From Octopus sinensis (Eukaryota), in contig NW_021823980.1 of assembly GCF_006345805.1 (NCBI RefSeq), forward strand, positions 1 through 19,977: 19,977 nt of DNA, read 5' to 3'. Positions 19,045-19,977 of the stretch are shown here, in pieces. The translations under genes were made by a program, and so were the position numbers. The notes under the pieces are model-generated. The model ran no database searches, was not told the DNA's origin, and saw nothing but the letters and a program-made list of their open reading frames with translations. Position 1 is the stretch's first letter. Each line of letters begins with the position of its first letter.

Positions 19045-19405
19045 CACACAGAGTATATCCACACTTACATTCACATACATGCATTCACAAACACACATTG
19101 ACATACACACATATATACACCACGCAAATACAAACGTACACACGCATATACAAACACAGACACACTCACACACAAACACATAGGTACACACACACATATA
19201 AAAACACATATATACATGCACAAACACAAACATGTACACACACACACACACACAAACGAACACACAAACATATAGGTACACACATACACAACATACACAC
19301 ACATGAACACAATTATACTCATACAGATATACACATGCATACACACACATATACATAATCATACACAAACACATTCATACATATACACACACACACACAC
19401 ACACA
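19045..19405. repeat. Degenerate (AC/AT)n microsatellite
   Basis: Direct reading. Confidence 0.92.
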
Positions 19406-19671
19406 CCAGCATGTCGTTTAAATTGTTAATCACCAGATCACACCAACAACACAAGGACACTTTATATCAATCAGCAGTTGTGCGTGTGTGTGCGTGTGCA
19501 CGCGCACACGACACACATGTGACCTAGTAAATTAGTCCATAGCTATTTCAAAAATGCCAAAGAGAATATTAAAAAAAAAATAATCCGAAAGTTGTAAAAT
19601 ACAGAAAAAAAATCTCAAAGAAAAAAAATATTTAAAAAAAAATAATATAAAAAATTGAGACCCTCCCCCAC

Positions 19672-19850
19672 GGAGGCAGGTATATATGTATGGGTAAGAA
19701 GAATGCTACCAAACCACATGGTTCCGCGTTCAATACCACTTGGCATGACAATCAGTTCAGTGTTTTTTACTGTAAGTTTGAGGCCATCCAACACCTCGTG
19801 AGCGGATTTGGTAGATGGAGACTGTACTGAAGCATGCCAAGTATGCATAT
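19672..19850 (+). mobile_element. Diverged family B SINE 5' half
   Basis: AACCACATGGTTCCGCGTTCAAT and GTGAGCGGATTTGGTAGATGGAGACTG align to the family B head and body. Confidence 0.6.
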
Positions 19851-19893
19851 ATATATATGTAAATGTATATATATATATATAAATGTATATATA

Positions 19894-19977
19894 GGCGCAG
19901 GAGTGGCTGTGTGGTAAGTAGGTTGCTTACCAACCACATGGTTCCGGGTTCAGTCCCACTGTGTGGCATCTCGGCAA
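19894..19977 (+). mobile_element. Family B SINE head, cut by window end
   Basis: GGCGCAGGAGTGGCTGTGTGGTAAG...CCGGGTTCAGTCCCACTG. Confidence 0.85.

Overview
AT-rich, repeat-dominated eukaryotic DNA. The SINE-like families and long (AT/AC)n tracts point to a cephalopod, probably Octopus (inference, not searched). I can support no intact host gene, and nearly all ORFs in the track are microsatellite or tandem-repeat artefacts. Recognisable content: two tRNA-derived SINE families in about ten loci; a decayed RTE-clade LINE 3' fragment (minus strand, 9065-10918); a 5'-truncated Tc1/mariner transposase with right TIR (12561-13192); a complete non-autonomous Helitron (13861-14236) plus a probable second one; the 3' end of a probable HERO-type non-LTR element (about 16860-17727); an unclassified ~146-bp satellite; and two degenerate hammerhead-ribozyme-like motifs typical of Penelope-like elements (5186-5256, 5570-5604). 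The most striking pattern is that pieces of several unrelated retroelements have each been amplified into local tandem arrays, including a 32-bp x20 minisatellite born inside the RTE C2H2 zinc finger. A few small candidate exons are listed at low confidence. I do not see convincing evidence of a new multi-gene system; the best leads are RNA-structure and repeat-genesis observations.
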